Source of the DNA: an uncultured delta proteobacterium
GTDB taxonomy: Bacteria > Desulfobacterota > Syntrophorhabdia > Syntrophorhabdales > WCHB1-27
Assembly (NCBI GenBank): GCA_963810935.1
Contig: CAWEPK010000009.1
Location: 64,001-128,000, forward strand
Direction of reading: 5' to 3'
DNA length: 64,000 nt
Part shown: positions 1-9,652 of the stretch, piece by piece
How positions within the stretch are numbered: the stretch's first letter is position 1
How the letters are laid out: each line of letters begins with the position of its first letter
Notes under the pieces: model-generated
Told to the model about the DNA's origin: nothing
Database searches by the model: none
What the model saw: the letters and a program-made list of their open reading frames with translations, nothing else
Position numbers and translations under genes: made by a program

Positions 1-55
1 TCCCGCCGTCGGCTACCCCCATAGAACTCGTTTCGCTTTCGTTATGCTCCTGACG

Positions 56-111
56 GGAAACCGAGCAGGGAGAACGCCTCCCGTGGGTTCGAATCCTACT
101 CCCTTCCGCCA
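56..111 (+). tRNA. 3' half of a class II (long variable arm) tRNA, probably Ser; 5' half not recognisable in window
   Basis: GGA-AA-CCGAG, variable stem GGGAG/CTCCC, T arm GTGGG-TTCGAAT-CCTAC, then TCCCTTCC-G-CCA. Bases 1-55 supply no acceptor 5' strand or D arm. Confidence 0.6.
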
Positions 112-173
112 TTAATCTTCGCATCCGTGAACCGGCTTCCGCGAAACAAAGTCTCCCATTACAGGTGGCAACC

Positions 174-193
174 GCGCCGCAAGGCGCCTTTTT
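174..193 (+). terminator. intrinsic terminator after tRNA fragment
   Basis: GCGCC-GCAA-GGCGC hairpin followed by CTTTTT. Confidence 0.6.
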
Positions 194-594
194 GTATCCT
201 CTGAGCCCTTTGACAAAGTGTATGCAGTATTCCCAACGGGCATGGACATAATTAGTTGAAATTACATATAAAACTGTTTGCATAGAAAATAGTTGTTGAC
301 TTAAGTAGGTGAAATTGAGTACATCTTATGTGCGTCTGGATGACCTTCTTTACTGTATGCAATGACGCCGTGATCGGGGTCCAAAGGGCGTGAACGGATC
401 GGGGGAGAGGAGTACGGCAGAAAGTTAGGCAATGGGTAGTAATGTAATCTTCGGCTCTCCACCCGCATGTCTCAATGGTCCAGGCTTTTACGGCATGTCG
501 CACCACTTCGGATTTCACAACTCGTTATCGAAACCATCGCGGCCCTTGCGTCAGCATTGGGCGTGTGAAGGAACAAAAGCAAGGGGGTATTGCA

Positions 595-1626
595 ATGAAG
601 GTTTGTAACAGCAGGTTTTTTATTTTCGTCTGCATGGTCGCGCTCGCCGCTTTCGTCCTGCCTGCGCGTGCTTTCTCTGCTGAATCAGTCGTAAGGATGA
701 AGTATGTGAGCTTCATGCCGCCTACCCACCCCATCTCAGTGCTCTCCGATCAATGGTGCAAGGAGTTGGAGAAGAGGACGAACGGGCGGGTCAAGGTGAC
801 CTTCTTCCCGGCCGGCACCCTCGTCTCTGCAATTCAGATTTACGACAGCGTCGTAAAGGGCGTCGCCGACATCGGCTTCGGCATCATGTCTTATACGCCC
901 GGCCGGATGCCCCTTTCTGAATTCATCGTCCTTCCGAACGGGTACAAGAGCGGGGCGCAGGCTTCCCGCATGTCGAACGCCTTCTATAAGAAATTTAAGC
1001 CAAAGGAATTCGATGACGTGAAGGTCTTCTACCTGAGCGCCCATGGTCCCGCGTTCTTCCACACAAAGAAACTGGTGCAAAAGATCGAAGACCTGAAGGG
1101 CCTCCGGATAAAGGGCGACGGCAATACCTCGAAGGTGATCGCCGCGTCAGGCGCCACGCCTACCACGATGCCCATGCTTGAGACGTACGACGGCATTAAG
1201 AGGGGTCTTGCCGACGGCGTCCTCAACCCCATGGAGACCCTGAAGGGTTGGAAGTTCAGCGAGGTCTGCAAGTATACGTACGTGAACCACGGGTCCTCGT
1301 ACGCCAACGGCTTTTTCGTAGTCATGAACAAGGAGTTGTGGAACTCCTTACCGAAAGACATCCAACAGACTATAGACAAGCTCAACGAGGAGTGGTTCGA
1401 GAAGCAGGCGAAACTTTGGAGCTGGGTGGACGACGACGCAGTCGCGTTCGTCAAAAAGGCGGGGCACAATTTCTATAATGCCAGTCCGGCCGACGAGGCA
1501 AAGATGCAGGTCATGATGAAGCCCCTCTACGACAACTACATAAAGAGCATGAAGGAAAAGGGCCTGCCCGGGGAAGAAGTCCTCAAGTGGTCTCGGGCCT
1601 GGCTTAAGGGCGCATCGGTGGACTAA
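595..1626 (+). CDS. dctP: TRAP transporter substrate-binding protein (DctP family), copy 1
   Basis: Signal peptide; TNGRVKV, DLKGLRIK, VMNKELWNSLP motifs; start moved to ATG 595 after AAGGGGG RBS. Confidence 0.92.
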   Translation: MKVCNSRFFIFVCMVALAAFVLPARAFSAESVVRMKYVSFMPPTHPISVLSDQWCKELEKRTNGRVKVTFFPAGTLVSAIQIYDSVVKGVADIGFGIMSYTPGRMPLSEFIVLPNGYKSGAQASRMSNAFYKKFKPKEFDDVKVFYLSAHGPAFFHTKKLVQKIEDLKGLRIKGDGNTSKVIAASGATPTTMPMLETYDGIKRGLADGVLNPMETLKGWKFSEVCKYTYVNHGSSYANGFFVVMNKELWNSLPKDIQQTIDKLNEEWFEKQAKLWSWVDDDAVAFVKKAGHNFYNASPADEAKMQVMMKPLYDNYIKSMKEKGLPGEEVLKWSRAWLKGASVD

Positions 1627-1642
1627 AGCCGGTCCGGCTTGC

Positions 1643-1679
1643 GGGGCGGTCCTCTGAAAGCTAAGCCGCCCTTTTTTTT
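1643..1679 (+). terminator. hairpin plus T-tract between dctP and dctQ (partial terminator or mRNA stabiliser)
   Basis: GGGCGG...CCGCCC followed by T8. Confidence 0.5.
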
Positions 1680-1699
1680 AGCCGGTGGGAGGAATAACC

Positions 1700-2179
1700 A
1701 TGTGGTCCGTTTTTGAGAAGAAGATGTCGGGTTGGCTGCTCGTCGTCGCCGAAGTCACCCTTGCCTTCATGTTCGTCTTCACCCTTGCCGACGTGCTCCT
1801 ACGGACCTTCACGGGAAGGCCCCTGGTCGGCGACTACGAAATCATCTCCTTCCTCGGGGCGGTGGTAATCGGTTTCTCCCTTCCCTACACGACGTCCCTG
1901 AAGGGACACGTCTACGTGGACTTCCTGATAGAGAAGCTTACCCCGAGGGCCAAGGGGATAGTGGAGATCGCCACCCGGCTCGCCTCAATTATTCTCTTTT
2001 TATGGATAGCGTGGAACTTCGTCGTCATGAGCCTCGACCTCATGAAGTCACGGGAGGTCACCCCAGTCTTCCGCCTGCCCTTTTACCCGATCTCTTTGGG
2101 GCTCGCCCTCTGCTGCATAGTGGAGTGCGTCGTCTTCGCAGGACAGATCGCACGGATCGTCGGAGAGAAGCATGAATGA
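1700..2179 (+). CDS. dctQ: TRAP small permease (DctQ), copy 1
   Basis: 4 TM segments, GHVYVD motif, GGAGG RBS before ATG 1700. Confidence 0.9.
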   Translation: MWSVFEKKMSGWLLVVAEVTLAFMFVFTLADVLLRTFTGRPLVGDYEIISFLGAVVIGFSLPYTTSLKGHVYVDFLIEKLTPRAKGIVEIATRLASIILFLWIAWNFVVMSLDLMKSREVTPVFRLPFYPISLGLALCCIVECVVFAGQIARIVGEKHE

Positions 2180-3470
2180 GATAACTACCGGTATAGTCGG
2201 AATCTGTATACTCCTCGCGATGTTCCTGACGGGCATAGAGCTGGCTTTCGGCATGACCATCGTAGGCTTCATCGGCATCGCCTACCTGGGCAAGTTCGCG
2301 GCAGCATCGAACCACCTCGTCAAGGACTTCTTCGATACCTTCACGTCTTATGGTTTCACCGTCATCCCCATCTTCGTGCTCATGGGGCAGATCGCCTCGA
2401 ATTCCGATATAGCAAAGAAACTCTACAATGCCGCGGAGAAGTTCGTGGGCCACATCCCCGGCGGCGTGGCCATGACCACCGTAGTGGGGGCGACCCTCTT
2501 CAAGGCCATGTGCGGTTCCACCATGGCTACCTGCGCAACATTTGCCGGCATAGCGATACCCGAAATGACGCGCCTCGGGTACAATAAAAAGCTCTCTCTG
2601 GGCGTAGTCGCCTCAGTCGGCACCCTCGGTATGCTCATCCCTCCTTCCGTTTCACTCATTATATACGGGATAGTGACGGAGCAGTCGATAGGCAAGCTCT
2701 TTTTGGCGGGCATCATCCCCGGCCTCCTTATATCCCTCTTTTTCATATTCGTCATCTACGGATGGGTCAAGATCGACCCCTCCATCGCGCAGCGGGCCCC
2801 GAGGTCGAGCTGGGCGGAGAGAATGAAGTCTTCCCCCGATTTCATCTGGGTCGCCGTCATCTTCTTCGTCGTCATCGGAGGCCTCATGTTAGGGTGGTTC
2901 TCGCCTACCGAGGCCGGGAGCATAGGGACCGGGGCCGTCCTGGTGCTGGCCCTGACGAAGCGGAGCTTATCTTTCAAGATGCTCAGAAAATCCTTCGATG
3001 AGTCCTTGAGGACCGCATGCATGGTCCTCCTTCTGATAGCCGGCTCCCAGGTCTTCGGCCACTTCCTGGCCGTCACCACGATCCCCTTCGTCGCCGCAGA
3101 CTGGATAGGCGGCCTTCCCCTGAACAGGCACATCGTCATGATCTTCATTATCTTTATCTACCTGCTCGGGGGCTCATTTATCGACGACCTCGCTTTCATG
3201 ATCCTGGCGACGCCCATCTTCTTCCCGGCAGTCGTCAAGCTGGGCTTCGACCCCATATGGTTCGGGATCATGGTAGGCATCACGATAATGATAGGGGTGG
3301 TCATACCCCCTGTCGCCATCGCCGTCTTCATCGTCAAGAACATCACCGGGGAGCCTTTCAACGTGATTTACGCGGGCGTCTATCCTTTTCTTCTCGCCCT
3401 CGTGGGTTGTGCTGCGCTCCTCTTCCTCTTCCCCCAGATAGCCACGTGGCTTCCCAGTGTTCTGGGGTGA
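2172..3470 (+). CDS. dctM: TRAP large permease (DctM), copy 1
   Basis: IPIFVLMG, GTLGMLIPPS, SPTEAG, DPIWFG motifs; polytopic membrane protein. Confidence 0.93.
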   Translation: MNEITTGIVGICILLAMFLTGIELAFGMTIVGFIGIAYLGKFAAASNHLVKDFFDTFTSYGFTVIPIFVLMGQIASNSDIAKKLYNAAEKFVGHIPGGVAMTTVVGATLFKAMCGSTMATCATFAGIAIPEMTRLGYNKKLSLGVVASVGTLGMLIPPSVSLIIYGIVTEQSIGKLFLAGIIPGLLISLFFIFVIYGWVKIDPSIAQRAPRSSWAERMKSSPDFIWVAVIFFVVIGGLMLGWFSPTEAGSIGTGAVLVLALTKRSLSFKMLRKSFDESLRTACMVLLLIAGSQVFGHFLAVTTIPFVAADWIGGLPLNRHIVMIFIIFIYLLGGSFIDDLAFMILATPIFFPAVVKLGFDPIWFGIMVGITIMIGVVIPPVAIAVFIVKNITGEPFNVIYAGVYPFLLALVGCAALLFLFPQIATWLPSVLG

Positions 3471-3492
3471 TTAAAGGCTGCAAAAAAATCTG

Positions 3493-3565
3493 TTGACAGA
3501 AGCGATGGGAATATCGTAAAAGTAATTGTTCGGCAAGGCCGACCAGTGTTCGATAATCTCGAACA
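3493..3565 (+). promoter_or_regulatory. putative sigma70 promoter with two tandem 19-bp palindromic operators upstream of iclR
   Basis: TTGACA at 3493; TGTTCGG-N5-CCGACCA (3527-3545) and TGTTCGA-N5-TCGAACA (3547-3565). Confidence 0.6.
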
Positions 3566-3633
3566 TATGGCATTGGTAAGGATCAACCGGCTTGACGCGC
3601 ACCGTCTAACCGTACCTTTCACGCGAGGCTGTC

Positions 3634-4452
3634 ATGGAGAGAGAGGATGGGATTCAGTCTGTTAACCGGGCATTGAACCTTCTCTGCCTCTTCACCCACA
3701 ATACGCCCAGCCTGGGCATTACCGAGATAGCGAGTGCCATCGGCCTGCCCAAGCCCACGGTCCACGGCCTCGTGCGCACCCTCGTCAGCAAGGGGTTCCT
3801 GCAACAGGATCCGCAGACCCGCAAGTACAACCTGGGGATGCGCATCTACGAGCTGGGCATCGTACTGGCCGGCACGCTGGCCGTCAACCGGAACGGCGCG
3901 GGCCCTGCATACCAGCTTTCCCGGCAGACGGGTCTCGTTTCCCGCATAGCGATCTGGGACCTTGACGCGGCCCTGTTGACAGTAAGCATAGAGCCCCGCT
4001 CCCACATCTTCTTCGTGCACCAGATCGGGCCGCGTATTCCCGCGTACTGCACGGGGGTCGGTAAAGCGCTGCTCTCCCGCCTCGAACGGAACGAGGTCGA
4101 GGCCTACCTCGACCGGGCACACCTGGAAGCCTATACGGAGAATACGCTCATTCAGAAAGAGCAGTGCCTGGAGGACATAGAGGCCACCCGCCGCCGGGGT
4201 TATTCGATCGACCGGGAGGAGAACGTGCTCGGTCTCGCCTGCATAGGCACGCCGATCCTCGGGCATGGAGGCCGTCTGGAGGCGGCACTGAGCGTGTCGG
4301 GAGACGCAAAGCGCATTTACGCAGAAATTGACGTGCTGGTCCATGATCTGCTCGAGACCGCGCAAGAAATATCCCGCGCTCTGGGCTATTTCCCGGAATA
4401 CCCCGGCAGGCCCGTTCCTGCTCCGACCACGGATACTAAAGATTCCACGTAG
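3634..4452 (+). CDS. IclR family transcriptional regulator
   Basis: IQSVNRAL N-terminus, HTH LPKPTVHGL, PAYCTGVGKALL, GYSIDREE. Confidence 0.95.
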   Translation: MEREDGIQSVNRALNLLCLFTHNTPSLGITEIASAIGLPKPTVHGLVRTLVSKGFLQQDPQTRKYNLGMRIYELGIVLAGTLAVNRNGAGPAYQLSRQTGLVSRIAIWDLDAALLTVSIEPRSHIFFVHQIGPRIPAYCTGVGKALLSRLERNEVEAYLDRAHLEAYTENTLIQKEQCLEDIEATRRRGYSIDREENVLGLACIGTPILGHGGRLEAALSVSGDAKRIYAEIDVLVHDLLETAQEISRALGYFPEYPGRPVPAPTTDTKDST

Positions 4453-4463
4453 GGAGGTAAGAT

Positions 4464-5484
4464 ATGGCATTTTCGTTTAGGTCTTTCTCGATAATAGCGG
4501 GCATGCTCTTGTTTCTGCTCTGCCAGACAACGACGGGCTCGGCAGCCGAATCGGTGATAAAGTTGAAGTACGCCAGCTTCATGCCGCCTACCCACCCCAT
4601 AAGCGTGTTATCCGACCAGTGGTGCAAGGAGCTCGAAAAGAGGACGAACGGGCGGGTCAAGGTCTCCTACTTCCCGGGCGGCACGCTGGTGACGGCCAAC
4701 CAGATGTACGACGGGGTCGTCAAGGGGATCGTGGACGTCGGCTTCAGCATCAACGCCTATACGCCGGCCAGGATGCCTCTCACCGAGGCCTTCCTTCTGC
4801 CCCTCGGCTTCAAGAGCGGCGAGCAGGCTACGCAGGCGGTCAGCGCCTTCTATAAGAAATTCAGGCCGAAGGAGTACGACGACGTGAAGGTGCTCTACCT
4901 CCATTCCCACGGACCAACACCCATCCATACTAAGACGCCCGTCAAGAAGATCGCGGACCTGAAAGGGATGCGCATCAAATGCAACGGCGACAACGCGCGG
5001 ATCGTCGCGGCCCTCGGGGGCACTCCGACCACGATGCCGATGCTCGAGCTCTACGATTCCCTCAAAAGAGGCGTGGCCGACGGGACCATTCTTCCCATGG
5101 AGACGCTGAAAGGGTGGAAGCTGGGCGAGATCTGCCACTACACATATGATATTACGTCGATCAGGATATGCGAACCCCTTCTTCGTGGCCATGAACAAGG
5201 CGAAGTGGAACTCGCTCCCCAAAGACATCCAGGACACGATCGATAAGATGAGCGAGGAATGGGTCGTAAAGCAGGCAAAGCTGTGGAACAACCTCGACGC
5301 CGAAGCTCTGGAGATGTTCAAGGCCACCCAGCACATTACGCGGGCGACGCCTGAGGATGAGGCCCTGGCGAAGCAAAAAGTGGCTCCCCTCCTCGATGCC
5401 TACGTGAAGCGCGCGAAAGATAAAGGCGTGCGCGGCGACGAGGCGTTGGCCTGGATCCAGAATTATCTCAAGAACGCAAAATAG
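4464..5484 (+). CDS. dctP: TRAP substrate-binding protein (DctP), copy 2; +1 frameshift near 5163 (probable sequencing error)
   Basis: ORFs 4464-5246 and 5146-5484 together align end to end with copy 1. Confidence 0.85.
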
Positions 5485-5506
5485 GGAGCGGGACGCGGAG
5501 AAAGCA

Positions 5507-5986
5507 ATGAAAGGACTGCTCGCACTCGAAAAAAGGTTTTGTCTCACCCTGCTCGTCATAGCAGGGGTGACCCTTGCCTTTATGCTTGTTTTTACCGTTT
5601 TTAATGTCGTCATGAGGGCCTTCGGCAAGCCGATCGTGGGCGACTTCGAGATCATCTCATTCCTGGGAGCGATCGTCGTCGGCTTCTCGCTGCCCCACAC
5701 GTCCATGCTCAAATCGCACGTCGCAGTGGACCTCGTGCTTGAGAGACTCCCCAGACGTGCCTCGGCCGCGCTGCAGGTCTTCACGCGCATCGCCTCCGTT
5801 GCTCTCTTCGCATGGATGGGCTGGAACTTTATAGTAATGAGCATGGACCTTATCAAATCGGGAGAGGTAACGCCTGTCTTCAGGCTCCCGTTCTATCCGA
5901 TCTCACTTGGCCTTGCCTTCAGTTGCCTGGTCCAGTGCTTCGTTCTCCTAGTCGACGCGGGAAAGGCCGCCGGAGGTTCCCAATGA
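5507..5986 (+). CDS. dctQ: TRAP small permease (DctQ), copy 2
   Basis: Close paralog of 1700-2179 (EIISFLGA, EVTPVFRLPFYPISLGLA). Confidence 0.9.
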   Translation: MKGLLALEKRFCLTLLVIAGVTLAFMLVFTVFNVVMRAFGKPIVGDFEIISFLGAIVVGFSLPHTSMLKSHVAVDLVLERLPRRASAALQVFTRIASVALFAWMGWNFIVMSMDLIKSGEVTPVFRLPFYPISLGLAFSCLVQCFVLLVDAGKAAGGSQ

Positions 5987-7282
5987 GTGAGGTCACTGTA
6001 GGCATCATCGGCATACTGTTGCTCATAGGGTCGTTCTTCACAGGGATCGAGGCTCGGTTACGGCATGAGCATAATCGGCTTTCTGGGCCTCGTTTACCTC
6101 GGGACCTGGCAAGCGGCCTCGAACCAGGTGGTCAAGGATTTCTTCGACACGTTCACTTCCTACGGCTTCACTGTTATACCCCTGTTCGTTCTCATGGGCC
6201 AGGTGGCGTCGAACTCCGACATCGCCAAGAAGCTATACGGCGGGGCGTCAAAGTTCGTGGGCCATATTCCGGGCGGGCTGGCGATGACGACGGTCGTGGG
6301 CGCCACGCTTTTCAAGGCCATGTGCGGCTCCACGCTCGCCACCTGCGCCACCTTCGCGGGCATCGCCATCCCTGAGATGTCGCGCCTCGGTTACAGCAAG
6401 AAGCTCTCCACGGGCGTCGTGGCGTCGGTGGGGACGCTGGGCATGCTCATTCCGCCGAGCGTGCCGCTCATGATCTACGGCCTCATAACCGAACAGTCGA
6501 TCGGAAAGCTCTTTCTCGCCGGGATCATTCCCGGTATCCTGATCTCCTTTCTTTTTCTCGTCGTCATTTACGGATGGGTCAGGATAAACCCGGCTATAGC
6601 ACAGCTCGCGCCGAAGTCCTCGTGGCACGACAGGATGAAGGCGGCACCCGAATTCCTATGGGTCGGCGTGATCTTCCTCGTAGTCATCGGCGGCCTCATG
6701 CTGGGGTGGTTCTCGCCGACGGAGGCCGGAAGCATAGGCACGGCGGCCGTGTTGATACTCGCCGTCGCGAAAAGCCGTTTCACCATGCGCCAGCTCTTCA
6801 AATCCTTCGAGGAGTCGCTCCGGACGGCATGCATGGTCCTTGTCCTGATCGGGGGCTCGGTCGTATTCGGCCACTTCCTGGCCGTGACGAATATCCCATT
6901 CATCACTGCGGATTGGGTCGGCGGCCTGCACATAAACAGGAACCTCGTCATGGTCCTGATCATCTTCATCTACCTCCTCGGCGGCTCGATAATGGACGAC
7001 CTGGCATTCATGATACTTGCGACGCCGATCTTCTACCCGGCGGTCATCAAGCTCGGGTTCGATCCGATATGGTTCGGGATCATGATAGGCGTCACCCTTA
7101 TGATCGGCGTGATAGTCCCCCCGGTGGCAATATCGGTCTTCGTGGTCAAAAACATCACGGGCGAGCCGTTCAACATTATTTACGCAGGTGTTTATCCGTT
7201 TCTGCTGAGCCTTGCGGCCTGCGCCGCGCTCCTGTTCTTCTTCCCCCAGATAGCCATGTGGCTTCCGGTAATTTTGGGATGA
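5983..7282 (+). CDS. dctM: TRAP large permease (DctM), copy 2; +1 frameshift at 6051-6052
   Basis: MSEVTVGIIG...TGIE in one frame continues as LGYGMSIIG in the next, matching copy 1. Confidence 0.88.
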
Positions 7283-7307
7283 TAAAGCAACGAGATAAGG
7301 AGGGACA

Positions 7308-8336
7308 ATGGCATTGAAGGTAGTCAATATATTCGGCGTACCGGGCATCGATTTCGGCTACGAGCTAATTGACGGCTCCGGCGTCGCGCTGGAAAAGGGC
7401 ATGTATAAGACCGAGGAGGACATAATCAGAGTGGCCGCAGACGCGGACGCCGTTATCGGTGTAGTCTCCGTCCATCCTTTCAACCGCCGGCTGCTTTCGG
7501 CCCTTCCGAAATGCCGCATTATAGCGGGCATAGGCATAGGCTACGACACGGTCGACCTGGAGGCCGCATCCGAGCTGGGCATAGCGGTCACGAACGTCCC
7601 CGACTACTGCCTGGACGAGGTGTCGGGGCTCGCCATGGCCTTTGTGCTGGCGCTTGGCCACAAGCTTTTCCCCATAGACAAGGCCGTAAGGACGCACCGC
7701 ACCGTTTTCACCCAGGACAGAAAAGGATTGAACGAGTTCGCCGCCCCGATGTTCAGGATGCGCGACCAGACGGTCGGCATCGTAGGCATCGGAAAGATAG
7801 GCACGGTCGTCGCCCTGAAGGCCAGGGGCCTCGGCATGCGCGTGATCGGCTATGACCCTTACGTGCTGAAGCCGGTCCTGGAAAGCAGGGGGGTGTTGCC
7901 TGTAGACATGGCAACCCTGCTTCGCGAGGCCGACTTCGTGACTACGCACACCCCGCTCAACGCGGAGACGAACGGCCTGTTCGGCTACGACGAGTTCAAG
8001 CAGATGAAGCGGACTGCTTACTTCATCAATACGTCGCGCGGAGGGGTCGTGGAGCAGGCAGGACTGATACGCGCCTTGCAGGAGGGGCTCATCGCCGGGG
8101 CGGGGATAGACGTGACCGTCGAAGAGCCTATCGCGCCCGACAACCCGCTGCTCGGAATGTCGAACGTCATACTAACCGGCCACAGCGCCTGGTATTCGGT
8201 TGTCTCCGATTATGACCTGCACAGAAGGCCCATGACGCAGGTACTCCAGGCGCTCAAGGGCGAGTGGCCGACCTACGCAGTCAACCCGGAAGGAAAGGCC
8301 AGGTGGACGGCCAGGTGGACAGACCGGGGGATCTAA
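7308..8336 (+). CDS. D-isomer-specific 2-hydroxyacid dehydrogenase (CtBP/SerA-like)
   Basis: GIGYDTVD, TNVPDY, GIVGIGKIG Rossmann motif, INTSRG, DVTVEEP, GHSAWYS. Confidence 0.9.
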   Translation: MALKVVNIFGVPGIDFGYELIDGSGVALEKGMYKTEEDIIRVAADADAVIGVVSVHPFNRRLLSALPKCRIIAGIGIGYDTVDLEAASELGIAVTNVPDYCLDEVSGLAMAFVLALGHKLFPIDKAVRTHRTVFTQDRKGLNEFAAPMFRMRDQTVGIVGIGKIGTVVALKARGLGMRVIGYDPYVLKPVLESRGVLPVDMATLLREADFVTTHTPLNAETNGLFGYDEFKQMKRTAYFINTSRGGVVEQAGLIRALQEGLIAGAGIDVTVEEPIAPDNPLLGMSNVILTGHSAWYSVVSDYDLHRRPMTQVLQALKGEWPTYAVNPEGKARWTARWTDRGI

Positions 8337-8367
8337 AGACCCGCGAAAGCGACGACGAGGGGACAAT

Positions 8368-9588
8368 ATGAATAACCCGATACGTTTGAATCATCGCCTG
8401 TGGGAAGGCGGGGGAACGATAGAGCTGGAGCTTCCGGAGCGCTGGAACGTGCAGGTCCTCGGCATGAACGGGGACAGCAAGCGGGTGCTCGGCGAAGCCG
8501 ATTACGACGCCTGCCTCTCGCGCCTCGCGCCGCTCGTCTCGGGGCACAAGGAAATCTGCGTTGCCTTCGACGATATCTCCAGGCCCACCAAGGCGTTCCG
8601 CCTCATCCCTTCCCTGCTCCGCCTCTTCGCGAAATGCGGGATCGCGGACGGGCAGGTCCGCTTTCTCTGCGCCCTCGGGGCGCACGGGGCCCTCGACAAC
8701 GCGTCTTTCCGGAAGAAGCTCGGACCGGAGGTGATGGAGCGATTCCCGGTGTATAACCACAACTGCCATGGACCGGCGCACGACTTCGGCAAAACGGCCC
8801 TCGGCACGCCCGTTCTGGTCAATAAAGAGTACAGCGGCTGCGACCTCACCATCGGCATAGGCTCCTTCGTCCCCCACGCCTTCTGCGGCTACGGCGGTGG
8901 TTACAAGATCGTCATGCCCGGCGTCGCCCATATCGATGCCATCACCCACCATCATGGGATGCTTTCATGGGAGGGCATGAAGTTCGAGCTCGGGAACGTG
9001 ACGGGAAATGCGTTTCACGACGACATGAGGGAATTCGGGAAGATAGCGGGCCTCGATATAAAGATCGACCTCCTTGTCAACTCGAACGCGGAAGGGACGG
9101 ATATTTTCGCCGGGGAGCCGGACCGCCTCTACGACTATATGCTCAAGCTGGCGCCCGCCCATTACGCTTCAGCGGTCCCGGGCAAGGCGGACATCGTTTT
9201 TGCGAACGTCTACGCCAAGGGCAACGAGGCGGCAATCGCTGTGGCCCAGTCCGAGAAACTCCTTAAGGACGAAGGCGGCGACATCGTCTGCCTCTGCGAC
9301 AGCGAGATGGGACAGGTGGTGCACTATGTTTTCGGGCGGTTCGGCAAGGAGACGTGGGGCAGGCTGGCTGGAGGGCCGAGGCGGAAGGGCCCGAACGTGC
9401 GCAGGATATTCCTGTACTCCCGCTATAAGGACATTGCAGGCGGCTACTGCTTCGGCAAGGACGACGAGATATTCTGGTATAGCGACATAAAGGAGATCGT
9501 GAAGGTGTTGGACGAGGATTATAGAGGCAAGGCGGTGGACGCCTATGTCTTGCCGGACGCGACCATACAGACTTTCCCGGGCGCTTGA
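8368..9588 (+). CDS. LarA-family nickel-pincer 2-hydroxyacid racemase/epimerase
   Basis: DDISRPT, ALGAH, NHN, PHAFCGYGGGYK-PGVA, ITHHH motifs. Confidence 0.85.
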   Translation: MNNPIRLNHRLWEGGGTIELELPERWNVQVLGMNGDSKRVLGEADYDACLSRLAPLVSGHKEICVAFDDISRPTKAFRLIPSLLRLFAKCGIADGQVRFLCALGAHGALDNASFRKKLGPEVMERFPVYNHNCHGPAHDFGKTALGTPVLVNKEYSGCDLTIGIGSFVPHAFCGYGGGYKIVMPGVAHIDAITHHHGMLSWEGMKFELGNVTGNAFHDDMREFGKIAGLDIKIDLLVNSNAEGTDIFAGEPDRLYDYMLKLAPAHYASAVPGKADIVFANVYAKGNEAAIAVAQSEKLLKDEGGDIVCLCDSEMGQVVHYVFGRFGKETWGRLAGGPRRKGPNVRRIFLYSRYKDIAGGYCFGKDDEIFWYSDIKEIVKVLDEDYRGKAVDAYVLPDATIQTFPGA

Positions 9589-9652
9589 TCTTAGCCGCTT
9601 GCGGGCGCATGGCAGGACCCTAGGGAAAGTCAAATCGAACTGTGAGGTATTC

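Noticed and set aside
1..55. 3' end of a group I or II intron
   Set aside because: No convincing P7/S element or domain V visible in 55 nt; kept only as an alternative explanation
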